DNA from: Deltaproteobacteria bacterium
GTDB lineage: Bacteria > Myxococcota > Kuafuiibacteriia > Kuafuiibacteriales > Kuafuiibacteriaceae
DNA length: 64,000 bases
Direction of reading: 5' to 3'
Assembly (NCBI GenBank): GCA_040218735.1
Contig: JAVJQW010000042.1
Span: forward strand, 1 to 64,000
Shown here: positions 38,251-48,283 of the stretch, one piece after another
Layout: every line of letters begins with the position of its first letter
Numbering within the stretch: position 1 is the stretch's first letter
Made by a program: the position numbers and the translations under genes
The notes under the pieces: generated by a model
Database searches by the model: none
What the model saw: only the letters and a program-made list of their open reading frames with translations
Told to the model about the DNA's origin: nothing

Positions 38251-40629
38251 ATGAGACGGTGTTTACTGATCACGCTTCTGCTCGGCGGCTGCAACGCCGG
38301 GAACATCTGGTTGGTCGACGAGCCGGCCGGGGCCGACGCGGGTCCGCGGGCTCCCGGGACGCCGCTCGACGCCGGCACGCCCGCGACTTCGCGCGACGGT
38401 GGTCCGGGCGGAATGTCCGAGCGCGACGGGGCCGTGGTCGCGCCGAACCTCACCGTGGCGATCACTTCGCTGGCGGAGGGTGACGTCGTGTCGGGTGTCG
38501 TCGCCGTCGCGGTGACGGTGTCCGGCGGCATGGCGGAGCGCGTGGAGCTGCGTGTGGACGGCGCGGTGGCCGCGACGTCGGAGAGTGGGCCGTGGATGCT
38601 CTCGCTCGACACGAACACTTTCGCCGACGGGGAGCACGCGCTCGTCGCGGCCGCGTTCGACGCGCAGGCGCGTGAGGCGACGTCCGCGGCGGTGCGGGTG
38701 CGTGTCGACAACGCGTTCGCGGAGACGTTCGCGAACGGGACACCGGACCAGCAGGGGTGGACGCTCGGCGCCGGGTTCGCGGTCGACACCGCTGAGGACC
38801 ACTCGCAGGCGGCCGGGAGTGGGTCGCTGCTCGGCGCGCTGACGACGACTTCGCTCGAGACGATCTCGGACGCCGCGGAGCTCGCGGTGACGTTGGGCGC
38901 GCAGCCGAAGATGTCGTTCGCTCGAAGGGTCCACATCGATGCGGATGGGTTCGTCTACGGGGGGGCGTTCCGCGTGAAGGTCGACGGCGATGTCGTGCAC
39001 GAAGTGACGGCGACGAACTCGGAGCACGAGGACTCGGATTGGGTGCTCGTCGAGGATATCGATCTGTCCGCGTACGCGAGCTCGGCGGTGACGATTCGGT
39101 TCGAGCTGTCGTTGACGAACTGGTCGTTCAATCAGGAGGCGCGTGCGCGGGTGCGCCTCGATGATCTCACGCTCGACGTGGGGGGTGCGAACCCACCACC
39201 ACCTCCTCCTCCTCCGCCCCCGCCGCCTCCGCCGGGCGGGTCTGGGTATGACCACGCGTCGGAGCAGGCGAGTGACTTGGTCGAGGTCTTGGATATCACC
39301 GGACCGTATGGTGTCGCGGTCGCGGGTGGCCAGCTGATCGCCGGGGATGCGAGCGGTGGATCATCGTTGCCGCGCGAGACGCCGGTGTCGTCTTCGTCTT
39401 CGATCGAGATTCCGGCGGGAGCGACGGTTCGACATGCGGCGCTTTGGTACACCGGAGTCATCTTCATGAAGCCACACGCGGGCGGGCAGGGTGACTACAC
39501 GCCGGATATCGGTGGAGCGCTCGACGATGCCGCGGACGTCGCGGGGAATGGAATTACCTTCTCGATCGATGGGTCGTCGTTCGGACCCTTCGACCCGTCG
39601 GCGCGGTTGGCGCCGAACCCGTCGACGTTGGGATCCGATTCGCAGATCTCGCCGCGAGCGTACGACCCCTCGTTCGGGACGTTGACGGGGGTGAAGGAGA
39701 GCGTCTGGGGGAACCGCATCGATGTGACCGGGGTGTTCTCGGGTCGTACGGGGTCGATGAACGTGCAGGTCCAGCCTCCGGAGAAGGTCGATGTGAGCGG
39801 GAACGACGCCACGCGGAACGGTGGCAACCCGGCGGGCAACACGACGTACAACCTGTGCACGAGCGGCGGGTCGTGGACGCTCGTCGTCATCTACGAGAAA
39901 TCTGATTTGCCGCAGAAGAACTTCGTACTCATGGACGGCGCGTGGGCGCGGGCTTGGGATTATATGTTCTTCCACAAGGGTGAGTGGGTTCGTCCGAAGG
40001 TGCGGATCGATCACGCGCCGATCGAGCCGGGCGCCAAGTTTACGATTTACGCAGGGAGTGGTGCGCCGAGCGGCGGCCCGATTCCCACGAGCCCGGCGTG
40101 TAGCTGCGGTTGCGGCGGTCAATATACGTTGCGGAGCACGAACAGCCCGCTGGGTCGCAACAACTACTTCTCGGACACCCACGTGGATCCGGCGGCGGCG
40201 CAGAGTGATCCGATGTCGCGCGATCGAACCAACGGACCTTGGTACCTGCACTCGACGGGGGCCCAACCCATCGCCGGGAACGACTGGACGCTGTTCCAGT
40301 CGGGCACGCGGTACACCGAGTTCCCGAACCTCTTCGAGGGCGAAGAGACGCCGAGCCCCGACAGTCGGCAGCCCTCGACCGACGAGGATGACCCGGACGC
40401 CGCGCAGGACACGTACGGCGGGCACCCGTGGGCCGGGCGTGGAACGGTGGAGTACCTCGCGCACGGCAACGCGATGAGCGTGGTCGAAGTGGAACCGGAG
40501 GCGACGCAGGTCGAGCGCGGCGAGACGACGTCGTATCTGTACTTCAAGGGCGACCAGAAGGACGTGTGGAAGCCGCAGGCCGTGGTCAGTGTGAAGTTCA
40601 TCCTCTTCGAGACGCCGGTGGGTCCGTAG
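38251..40629 (+). CDS. Large lipoprotein: Ig-like (Big) domain, beta-sandwich, poly-Pro linker, uncharacterised C-terminal domain
   Basis: Lipobox LGGC, VAITSLAEGDVVSG...LDTNTFADGEH...AAFD, long poly-Pro run, IPAGATVRHAALWY. Confidence 0.78.
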   Translation: MRRCLLITLLLGGCNAGNIWLVDEPAGADAGPRAPGTPLDAGTPATSRDGGPGGMSERDGAVVAPNLTVAITSLAEGDVVSGVVAVAVTVSGGMAERVELRVDGAVAATSESGPWMLSLDTNTFADGEHALVAAAFDAQAREATSAAVRVRVDNAFAETFANGTPDQQGWTLGAGFAVDTAEDHSQAAGSGSLLGALTTTSLETISDAAELAVTLGAQPKMSFARRVHIDADGFVYGGAFRVKVDGDVVHEVTATNSEHEDSDWVLVEDIDLSAYASSAVTIRFELSLTNWSFNQEARARVRLDDLTLDVGGANPPPPPPPPPPPPPPGGSGYDHASEQASDLVEVLDITGPYGVAVAGGQLIAGDASGGSSLPRETPVSSSSSIEIPAGATVRHAALWYTGVIFMKPHAGGQGDYTPDIGGALDDAADVAGNGITFSIDGSSFGPFDPSARLAPNPSTLGSDSQISPRAYDPSFGTLTGVKESVWGNRIDVTGVFSGRTGSMNVQVQPPEKVDVSGNDATRNGGNPAGNTTYNLCTSGGSWTLVVIYEKSDLPQKNFVLMDGAWARAWDYMFFHKGEWVRPKVRIDHAPIEPGAKFTIYAGSGAPSGGPIPTSPACSCGCGGQYTLRSTNSPLGRNNYFSDTHVDPAAAQSDPMSRDRTNGPWYLHSTGAQPIAGNDWTLFQSGTRYTEFPNLFEGEETPSPDSRQPSTDEDDPDAAQDTYGGHPWAGRGTVEYLAHGNAMSVVEVEPEATQVERGETTSYLYFKGDQKDVWKPQAVVSVKFILFETPVGP

Positions 40630-40631
40630 TC

Positions 40632-41444
40632 ATGGATCTGCAGGCGGGGCTTCGAATCCGAACTCAGTTGGAGTTCACGCAGGAGCAGTTCGACGCGTTT
40701 GCGTCGATCAGCGGGGATGACAATCCGATTCACGTCGACCCGGAGTTCGCGGCGCGTACGCGGTTCGAGCGGACACTCGCGCACGGAATGTTCCTGTTCG
40801 GGACTTCGCTGGCCGGGTTGCCGAGGACACGAATCGGTCGTTCGGCGCGGGTCGTAGCGCAGTCACTTAGGTTTCCCGGGCCGACGTTCGCCGGAGACAA
40901 GGCGCGTTTGGTCGTCGAGGTGGTGGAAGCCACGGCGACGATGGCGCGCTTGCGTACGGTGATCGACAAAGCCGACGGAACGACCTGCTGCGAAGGTGAG
41001 ACGTGGTTGGCGTCCGGCGGCGCGGCGCCGGTGCTCCCGGCGCCTTCGTCGGGAGAGACGGCCGAGGCCATGGGCCGGTTCGAGGTGGGGCAGCGCGCCG
41101 AGAAGCAGCGCGTGTTCACCCGCGGTGATGTCGCGGCGTACGCGACGCTCACCCGGGACACGAGCGCGCTCGCCGACGGCGCCGTACCCGAGGCGCTGAT
41201 CGGCGGGTTGTTCTCGGACTTGCTCGGCACGGAGCTCCCGGGCCGAGGGACGAACTGGATGAAGCAGAGCTTCGAGTTCGTGCGACCGGTTCGGATCGAC
41301 GAAGTCGTGACGGCGTCGGTCGAGATCGTGCGTTTGCGTCCCGAGAAGCACCTCGTGAACCTGACGACGATCGCGCGGGACACGGACGGTGCCGTCGTGT
41401 GCCGAGGCAACGCGCTGGTGATGGCGCGCGAGATGGCTTCATAA
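40632..41444 (+). CDS. Double hot-dog MaoC/PhaJ-like (R)-enoyl-CoA hydratase
   Basis: [18 protein letters not shown]...AHGM hydratase motif; second MaoC domain ([18 protein letters not shown]) lacks the motif. Confidence 0.85.
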   Translation: MDLQAGLRIRTQLEFTQEQFDAFASISGDDNPIHVDPEFAARTRFERTLAHGMFLFGTSLAGLPRTRIGRSARVVAQSLRFPGPTFAGDKARLVVEVVEATATMARLRTVIDKADGTTCCEGETWLASGGAAPVLPAPSSGETAEAMGRFEVGQRAEKQRVFTRGDVAAYATLTRDTSALADGAVPEALIGGLFSDLLGTELPGRGTNWMKQSFEFVRPVRIDEVVTASVEIVRLRPEKHLVNLTTIARDTDGAVVCRGNALVMAREMAS

Positions 41445-41451
41445 TGACCGG

Positions 41452-43806
41452 ATGCCGCCGGCGCTGAGCTTGCTCCTCTGCGCGAGCGTGGGGTTGTCGG
41501 CCGACGATCCCACGGTGCGCGGGCGCATCGCGTTGCTGCTCGTGGATCGTGGCGTGGACGTCTTCGCGGCGTCCGGCGCTGACGCGGCTTCCGTGGAACG
41601 TCGGGGCGCGCAGTACGTGCTGCGCTGGGCCGGCGCGCAGACGCAGATCGATGCATCGGTTCCGTCCGTGGCCGAGCTGGAGCTCGCCCAACGGATCGCG
41701 CTCGGCGCGCCCGGGCGGCCCGACGCTCCGACCGTGCCCCGAGTCTTCCTCGAAGCGCGCGGCGAGGTCCCCCTCGCGGCCCGCGCGCGCGCGGCGGAAG
41801 CGGTGCTCGCCGAAGGGCTGACGCTGACGGGCCAGGTGGAGCGAGCGCAGCAAGGGAGGTGCCTCCTCGCGACGCCGCGCGGCGTCGAGCTGAGAATGGG
41901 CGAGCCGGGACGCGCGTGCCGCGCCGAGGTGGCGGCGACCGCTTCGACGCCGTCGCGGGGTGGAGACGCAAGGAGATCCGTGCCGGCGCAGGCGGCGGGC
42001 TCTGGGGCCGCAACGAAATCTGTGGCGCGGGCGGCTGGGGGCTCCGGCGCCGCAAGGAAGTCCGTAGCCGAGCCAGGCGCGGGCTCGGCCAACGCAAAGA
42101 AATCGGCGGCGGGGCCGGGCTCGGCTTCGGCCGACGCAACGAAATCCGCAGCGGCGCCGGCCTCGGCTCCGGCCGCCGCAAAGAAATCCGCAGCGGCGCC
42201 GGGCTCGGCTTCGACCGCCGCAAAGAAATCCGCAGCGGCGCCGGCCTCGGCATCGGCCGCCGCAAAGAAATCCGCAGCGGCGCCGGGCTCGGCTTCGGCC
42301 GACGCAAAGAAATCCACAGCGGCGCCGGGCTCGGCTTCGACCGCCGCAAAGAAATCCGCAGCGGCGCCGGGCTCGGCTTCGGCCGCCGCAATGAAATCCG
42401 GAGCGGAGGCGGCGTCGGGCTCCGGCGCCGCAAAGAAATCGGCGGCGGCGTGGGCCTCGGCATCGGCCGCCGCAAAGAAATCCGCAGCGGCGCGGGGCTC
42501 GGCTTCGGCCGACGCAATGAACTCCGCAGCGGCGTCGGGCTCGGCTTCGGCCGCCGCAAAGAAATCCGCAGCGGCGCCGGCCTCGGCATCGGCCGCCGCA
42601 AAGAAATCCGCAGCGGCGGCGCCACTGGTATCAACCGACGCAAGGAAATCGAGCGGGGCGCTGGCAGCGGCTTCGGAGGACGCAACGAAATCCGGTTCGG
42701 TGTCGACGACGGCTTCGGCGGGCGCAACGAAATCCGGTCCGGAGTCGACGACGGCGGCCGCGGACGCAACGAAATCCGATTCGGAGTCGACGGCGGCGGC
42801 CGCGGACGCAACGAAATCCGCTTCGGGAGCCGGAGCGTCGAGCGGGGGCGCAACGAAATCCGCGTCGGAGCCAGGGGCGGCGCGTGACGGTGCAACGAAG
42901 TTCGGAGCAGGCACACGCTCCGCAGCGAGCGCCGGCTCGAAGAAGCGTGGCCCCGGGCGCCCCGTGGCACCTAGCTCGGCCCCCGGCGTGGGCCCGAGGG
43001 CAGCGGCCGACTCGGGCTCGGATTCCGGCTCGGCGACGGACTCGGATTCGGCCTCCGACCCGGATTCGGCCACGGATTCGGATTCGGACTCCGACCCGGC
43101 CACCGACTCGGATTCGGACTCGGATTCGGACTCGGATTCGGACTCCGACTCGGACTCCGACTCGGATTCGGATTCGGCCACGGACTCGGATTCGGACTCG
43201 GATTCGGACTCGGATTCGGACTCGGATTCGGACTCGGATTCGGATTCGGACTCGGCCACCGCCTCGGTTCCCCGCGCCGCGGCGCCGCCCCCCTCGCTCT
43301 CCACCTCCCCCGCGCGCGCCCCCCACGCCCCGGCCCGCTGGGCCGTCGACGCCTACGCCGGCGCGCTCGTCCGCGCGCACGGGGTCGATCCCGCCGCGGG
43401 CGTCGACCTCGCCTACCACCCGGCGTGGTACGGCCTGCGCGCGGCGGCCGTGTTCGTCGACGGTGGCCGCATTCCGCTGCGGGTCTACGAGCTGCTCTTC
43501 GGCGCGGGCCCCTCCGCGCGCCTAGCGATCTCACGTGTATTCACCGCGGGCGCCGCGTTGCTGTTCGGGGCGAGGATGCACGCCTATGACCTCGACGCGT
43601 CCGATCGAGGAGTTCGCTGGGACTTCTCGGTCGACGCGCCGTTCGATCTCACCTACTCCGGCCTCGACCCCGTCACGCTGGCCGTCGTGATCCGCACCGG
43701 AATCGACAGTCGCTCCCGCCGCCACGTCGATGACGACGGCGTACTGTGGGAACGCGGCGCGTTTCGCTTCGGGGGAGGGGTTCGCGTGGGCCTGACGCTC
43801 CCGTGA
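41452..43806 (+). CDS. Exported protein (ECF cassette 3 partner) with a large in-frame repeat insertion and C-terminal barrel-like strands
   Basis: Signal-like N-terminus, globular N- and C-terminal parts flanking KKSAAA and DS repeats; ends [11 protein letters not shown]. Confidence 0.7.
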   Translation: MPPALSLLLCASVGLSADDPTVRGRIALLLVDRGVDVFAASGADAASVERRGAQYVLRWAGAQTQIDASVPSVAELELAQRIALGAPGRPDAPTVPRVFLEARGEVPLAARARAAEAVLAEGLTLTGQVERAQQGRCLLATPRGVELRMGEPGRACRAEVAATASTPSRGGDARRSVPAQAAGSGAATKSVARAAGGSGAARKSVAEPGAGSANAKKSAAGPGSASADATKSAAAPASAPAAAKKSAAAPGSASTAAKKSAAAPASASAAAKKSAAAPGSASADAKKSTAAPGSASTAAKKSAAAPGSASAAAMKSGAEAASGSGAAKKSAAAWASASAAAKKSAAARGSASADAMNSAAASGSASAAAKKSAAAPASASAAAKKSAAAAPLVSTDARKSSGALAAASEDATKSGSVSTTASAGATKSGPESTTAAADATKSDSESTAAAADATKSASGAGASSGGATKSASEPGAARDGATKFGAGTRSAASAGSKKRGPGRPVAPSSAPGVGPRAAADSGSDSGSATDSDSASDPDSATDSDSDSDPATDSDSDSDSDSDSDSDSDSDSDSDSATDSDSDSDSDSDSDSDSDSDSDSDSATASVPRAAAPPPSLSTSPARAPHAPARWAVDAYAGALVRAHGVDPAAGVDLAYHPAWYGLRAAAVFVDGGRIPLRVYELLFGAGPSARLAISRVFTAGAALLFGARMHAYDLDASDRGVRWDFSVDAPFDLTYSGLDPVTLAVVIRTGIDSRSRRHVDDDGVLWERGAFRFGGGVRVGLTLP
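41968..42902. repeat. 23-unit 42-bp tandem array with conserved GCAANGAAATC core
   Basis: Core checked at 41968, 42010, 42052 and 42892, all in exact 42-bp register; 23 units counted in the translation. Confidence 0.92.
43009..43256. repeat. Hexanucleotide GACTCG/GATTCG microsatellite (Asp-Ser repeats)
   Basis: Directly visible (gactcggattcg)n. Confidence 0.95.
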
Positions 43807-43854
43807 ATCGAACCGAAGGAAACTTCGCGGCACTTCATTCGTGAGTTCTTCGCG

Positions 43855-44409
43855 ATGTCGCTCAACACCCTGCAGCTTGCGGCGGACCAGGCACCGTCGC
43901 GCACCGCCGTCGATCGCGTAGAGCGCCTGTTCGAACGGCACCACGCCGACGTCTACCGCTGGGCGCTCCGCTACACCGCGGGGGACGGCGCGCTCGCGGA
44001 GGACGTCGCTCAGGAGGTCTTCGTCGCGCTCCTGAAGACCGTCGATCGCCTCCAAGACGACGACGACCTCGCGCGGTGGCTCTACCGCGTCACCGCCAAT
44101 CGCTGCCTCACCGTCCTCCGCCGCCGCCAAGTTCGCACGACGGTCCTCCGCGCGCTGCGTGTCGCCGAGCCGACGGCGCACGTCGTCGACGACCGCATCG
44201 CCGCCCGCGACACCCTCGCTCGGGTGTTCGAAGCCATGGCCGAGCTGCCCCCCAAAGAACGCGTGGTGTTCACGATGCTCCACGTCGACGGCCTGAGACA
44301 CACCGACATCGCCCGCGCCCTCGGCTACTCGAAGGGCTACGTCTCCAAGCTAGTCCAACGCGCGACCCAACGAATTCGCGCGCTCGGCTACGAGGTGAGT
44401 GATGACTGA
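43855..44409 (+). CDS. ECF RNA polymerase sigma-70 factor
   Basis: AEDVAQEVF...WLYRVTANRC; LPPKERVVF..VDGLRHTDIARALGYSKGYVS. Confidence 0.93.
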   Translation: MSLNTLQLAADQAPSRTAVDRVERLFERHHADVYRWALRYTAGDGALAEDVAQEVFVALLKTVDRLQDDDDLARWLYRVTANRCLTVLRRRQVRTTVLRALRVAEPTAHVVDDRIAARDTLARVFEAMAELPPKERVVFTMLHVDGLRHTDIARALGYSKGYVSKLVQRATQRIRALGYEVSDD

Positions 44410-45256
44410 ACGTTTCGACTTCGTCTCGGAGCTGCGTCACGCCGACGCCGCCATCGCCGCGCTGGGGCCGCCCCCCCGCCTCGGCGCGCAGATCCGCGCG
44501 CGCCTCGAACGTGAGCGCACGAGTGTCACCTGGCCCTTCTTCGCGATCCCCTTCGCGGCGATCGCCGCGCTGTTCGTCGCGGTGTCCGCCGAGCCTCCTC
44601 GATCCCCCGACGTCGCTCGGTTCACCCCGGCCACCTGCGCGCCCGCGTCTCCGGCGCCCACGCTCTCGCTCGAACCCGGCTGCTCCGTCCAACTCATCGA
44701 CCCACGGATGAAACTCATCGCGCTCGATCTCACGGAGCTCCGACGCACCTCGGAAGGCTTCGTCGTCAACGTCGGCCGCGTCGAGTTCAACGCCGAGCTC
44801 ACCGCGACCCCCTTCACGGTCTACGTCGCCACCCGGCGGCTCGAAGCCATCGCCGCTCGTTTCGAAGTCGACGGCGATACCGTTCACGTCCACGCGGGAC
44901 GCGTCGTCGTGCACGACGGTCACGGCGGCAGCGCCGACCTCGCCGCGGGCGACGCGCTCTCCTGGGCCGAACCCGAGAAGTGGTCCAACGAACGCATCGA
45001 AGCCGAGGTCCGCCGCACAACGCAGCTCCGCGTCGACGGCGACTACGAACGCGCCGTCGAGCTCCTCGAGCAGCTCCTCGCCTCGCCCATCGGCGAGGAC
45101 CGCGCCGCCGTGCTCAGCTACGAACGCGCCTCGCTCCTCGAGACGCGTCTCGGCGCCCACGAACGCGCGTGCGCGCAGTTCGAGAAACACCGCGCAAGGT
45201 TCGGACGTGATCGCTACGCCGCCGCGGTCGACGCTGCGCTCGAACGGTGCCCGTGA
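44402..45256 (+). CDS. FecR-like anti-sigma factor with C-terminal TPR
   Basis: Overlaps the sigma stop; TM; GRVEF...ARFEV...VHAGRVVV; LSYERASLLE...AC...HRARF. Confidence 0.8.
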   Translation: MTERFDFVSELRHADAAIAALGPPPRLGAQIRARLERERTSVTWPFFAIPFAAIAALFVAVSAEPPRSPDVARFTPATCAPASPAPTLSLEPGCSVQLIDPRMKLIALDLTELRRTSEGFVVNVGRVEFNAELTATPFTVYVATRRLEAIAARFEVDGDTVHVHAGRVVVHDGHGGSADLAAGDALSWAEPEKWSNERIEAEVRRTTQLRVDGDYERAVELLEQLLASPIGEDRAAVLSYERASLLETRLGAHERACAQFEKHRARFGRDRYAAAVDAALERCP

Positions 45257-45300
45257 ATCGCTGGCCACCCGCGCCGCACTCGGCATAGCCTCCGCGCCCC

Positions 45301-46089
45301 ATGGCGCTGTTCGAGGGGCTGTTCTCCAAGACTCAACCGTCGTCGCTCAATCGATGGCAGGAAGCGTTCATTCGTTGGAATGCAGCGCGCCTCGACATCA
45401 CCGAAGAGGAGAGTCGACAACGTTACCTCGCGTCCGCCGCGGCGGCAGAGGGCGGACACGCGGGTCGTGAGTTTCGCAAGCACTGTGAAACCGCGCACGA
45501 GGTGTTCCGCGTCCTCTGGTCGGACACCCAACACGAAGTCCTCGACGCATACCGCTTCCACGCACCCATGCACTTCCTCCGCATGATCGCGTACACCGAA
45601 GCCACTTGGGCCGACGACGATCCGATCGTCCAAGCCATCGACCGAAACAGCGATGACTTCACCATCGTCGACTACGGCTGTGGCCTCGCGCAGAAGTCGA
45701 TCAACCTCGCCCGACGACACCCCGACCGCGCGCACCTGTTCCTCGTCGACATCCCCACGATCCGAAGAGAGTTCCTCGCGTGGTACGCCGCGGACCTCGG
45801 CATCCCATGTGAGTTCGGGGACGTCTCCGAAGACCACCCGATCCCCGAGCTCCCGCAGCACGACGTCTGTATCGCCGAGCAAGTCTTCGAACACATCTAC
45901 AACCCAGGCGAGGTCTTCGAAGTCATCCACGCCGCGCTTCGACCCGGCGGCTACCTGCAGACCAACGTCGCCGACCACAAAGAAGAGTTCATGCACGTCA
46001 CGCCCAAGCTCGAGGCGCTGCGCGAACGGATCCGTGCGCTCGGGTACGAAGCCCTCGTACCCGATCGGTTGTTTCGGAAGCCGCAATGA
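45301..46089 (+). CDS. Class I SAM-dependent methyltransferase
   Basis: IVDYGCG, LVDIP, VFEHI, LRPGG. Confidence 0.85.
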   Translation: MALFEGLFSKTQPSSLNRWQEAFIRWNAARLDITEEESRQRYLASAAAAEGGHAGREFRKHCETAHEVFRVLWSDTQHEVLDAYRFHAPMHFLRMIAYTEATWADDDPIVQAIDRNSDDFTIVDYGCGLAQKSINLARRHPDRAHLFLVDIPTIRREFLAWYAADLGIPCEFGDVSEDHPIPELPQHDVCIAEQVFEHIYNPGEVFEVIHAALRPGGYLQTNVADHKEEFMHVTPKLEALRERIRALGYEALVPDRLFRKPQ

Positions 46090-46164
46090 AAGTTTCAGTC
46101 CCTCTCAGACCTACACACAACCCCTTTTCCCAACATATTTAGGGACTTACGGCTCGATTTCGAC

Positions 46165-46192
46165 GCAACGCCGCCCGGCGTCGCCGCGATAC
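46165..46192 (+). promoter_or_regulatory. Putative sigma28-like promoter (weaker match)
   Basis: GCAA-N16-CGCGATAC, ending 7 nt before the ATG at 46200. Confidence 0.3.
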
Positions 46193-46199
46193 ACGAACC

Positions 46200-47855
46200 A
46201 TGGTCCGGGTCGAATCTCCCACCACGCAACGCAGCGGCTCGGTCGTCGACCCGGTCAAGACCGAAGACAAGCCGGACCTCACCGCAGTGGCGGATGGGGG
46301 CACCGAGGACGGCGGCGCCGAAGACGTCACGACGCCGACCACCACCCGACGCCCCGACTCACGCGTCGCGCTCGCCGCGCGCAATGGCGTCGCCGCGGAC
46401 GAACGTCGCCGCGCCGCGATGCTCGCCGCGCCGTCGAGCCTTCGCACCGAACGCCTCGGCGACGGCGAAGAGAACTGCCTCGAGACCGCGGTCAACGGCG
46501 CGCGAGGGCACCACGAGATCGTCTTCATGGAAGACACGCGCTCCGCCGAGGCCGGCAACACCAACGGCGCCGGCCACGCGCTCGTCCGCGATCCCGCGAC
46601 GGGCCGTGTGTGGGATCCGAACGACGGCGCACCGCCCCCCAACGCCAACGCCTGGCCCTACCGAAGCGCGGACGCCTGGGCCGCCTCACAAGGGCTCGGC
46701 GAAGGTGGGCCCGCCTACCGTGAAGTCGGATCCGCGCGCGCGTCCGACGTGCAAGCTGTCTTGCAGCTCCCGCCCGAGGAGCGCGCCGCGAAGATCGCCG
46801 AGAACCCCGCGCTGGCTCGCATCGCCGACCTCCAGGTCGCCGACGGTGACGACGACAACGGACCGAACGGCGCCGCCGCCGGGTTTGCGTTCCCGCTCGC
46901 GAACGTCGTCGACGGCACGCATGGCACGGCCGCGCAGACCGCCGTGCAGATCCTCGAGACGATGGCCGACGGTCGCCCGCCCTTCGATCCCAACGCCGGG
47001 CGGATCGGCGGCGTGCAGTGGTTCGTGACCGAGGGCCAGCCGCACGTCGGTCGCGGCACCAACAACCCGGTCACGATCCCCGTCGAAATCGAAGCGCCGC
47101 GCGGCACGGTCGAGTTCCGCGAGGCCGACCTCGTGCGCATCTTCGACCAGGAGCTCCCCGCCGCACAGCAGCTCGCCGAGCAGCAGTACCGCACGCGCCA
47201 CAACCTCGGGCCGGACGACGCGCTCAACAGCCGAGCGCGCAACACGATCCGTTACAACGCGGAGCGGATGGCCGAGCGCCAGATGTGGACGCGCGTCGGC
47301 GAGCGGGTCGCCGCCTCCGACAGCGGTGTCGGCCGCGTGCGCCTGGAAAACAGCCGCTTCAGCCGCGGGGGCAACGGCACGTTCATGCTGACGAGCCGCC
47401 CCGAGGCGGTGCGAGTCCGAGGCGGCGCGGGCGCACTCGTCGACATCATCCAGCGCACCGGCGAACCCGTCGAACGTGGCGTGCAGGAAGCCGCCGAGCA
47501 GCTCGCCCGAAACCAGCGATGGGCCGGACGTCTGCAGGGCGCCGTGCGCGTCGGCGGACGTGTGTTGCTCGTCGTCGGCGCCGCGGCCGACGGCTACCGC
47601 ATCTACACCGCCGAGGATCGTCCGCGCGAAACGGCGCGCGTCGTGGGCGGCTGGGCGGGCGCGACCGCCGCCGGCGGCGCGTTTGCGACGTGGGCCTCGC
47701 CGTCCCTCGCCACCGGGCCCTGGGGTTGGGCCGCTTACGGTCTGGGCACACTCGGCGCGGGCGCGGTCGGGTACTTCGCCGGTGAGTCGATCGCCGAGGA
47801 AGCCTACGAGCTCATCGTCGACGGCGACCCGATCTACATCGGGCCCAACGACTGA
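46200..47855 (+). CDS. Putative toxin/effector: papain-like Cys-His-Asp domain + C-terminal Gly/Ala-rich hydrophobic region
   Basis: Disordered N-terminus without signal peptide; ENCLE, AGHALV, VWDPN; C-terminal VGGWAGATAAGG...GPWGWAAYGLG..GAGAVGYFAGE. Confidence 0.6.
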   Translation: MVRVESPTTQRSGSVVDPVKTEDKPDLTAVADGGTEDGGAEDVTTPTTTRRPDSRVALAARNGVAADERRRAAMLAAPSSLRTERLGDGEENCLETAVNGARGHHEIVFMEDTRSAEAGNTNGAGHALVRDPATGRVWDPNDGAPPPNANAWPYRSADAWAASQGLGEGGPAYREVGSARASDVQAVLQLPPEERAAKIAENPALARIADLQVADGDDDNGPNGAAAGFAFPLANVVDGTHGTAAQTAVQILETMADGRPPFDPNAGRIGGVQWFVTEGQPHVGRGTNNPVTIPVEIEAPRGTVEFREADLVRIFDQELPAAQQLAEQQYRTRHNLGPDDALNSRARNTIRYNAERMAERQMWTRVGERVAASDSGVGRVRLENSRFSRGGNGTFMLTSRPEAVRVRGGAGALVDIIQRTGEPVERGVQEAAEQLARNQRWAGRLQGAVRVGGRVLLVVGAAADGYRIYTAEDRPRETARVVGGWAGATAAGGAFATWASPSLATGPWGWAAYGLGTLGAGAVGYFAGESIAEEAYELIVDGDPIYIGPND

Positions 47856-47860
47856 ACGCC

Positions 47861-48250
47861 ATGACGAAGGACCTCACGTGGGCCGTCGAAGGCGCCCCCA
47901 TCGGAACGTGGACGACCAGCAACGGTACGTTCGATTCGATGATGCAAGACACGTTGACACTCGCCAAGGACGGCACCGGTTGGCTGCGCACGCGCTCGGC
48001 GATGCGCGGCGTGGAGTTGATGCCGGTGATGTGGCGCCACTCTGCGCCGGGCGTCATCAAGCTCGCGCTGTTGCTCCCCGGTGAGGACCCGAGCGAGCCG
48101 CCGGACTTCGAGACCATCCGCTACGGAGCTGTCTCGGTGAAACACGACATCGGTAACGAGAAGGTCGTCCTCAAGAACGACGACGACGACGTCTTCTGGA
48201 ACCTCGCCGGTCCGGTCGTCCTCGCATCGCGAACGCCGCGCGCACCCTGA
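47861..48250 (+). CDS. Small hypothetical protein, candidate immunity/partner
   Basis: Starts 5 nt after the toxin-like gene; 129 aa; typical codon usage. Confidence 0.6.
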   Translation: MTKDLTWAVEGAPIGTWTTSNGTFDSMMQDTLTLAKDGTGWLRTRSAMRGVELMPVMWRHSAPGVIKLALLLPGEDPSEPPDFETIRYGAVSVKHDIGNEKVVLKNDDDDVFWNLAGPVVLASRTPRAP

Positions 48251-48283
48251 CGGGATCGCAACCCAAGTTGCGAGGCTTCTCTT

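Noticed and set aside
41968-42902. CRISPR array
   Set aside because: The conserved core is only about 11 bp, the spacers are related to each other, the array is in frame within a CDS, and no cas genes are present
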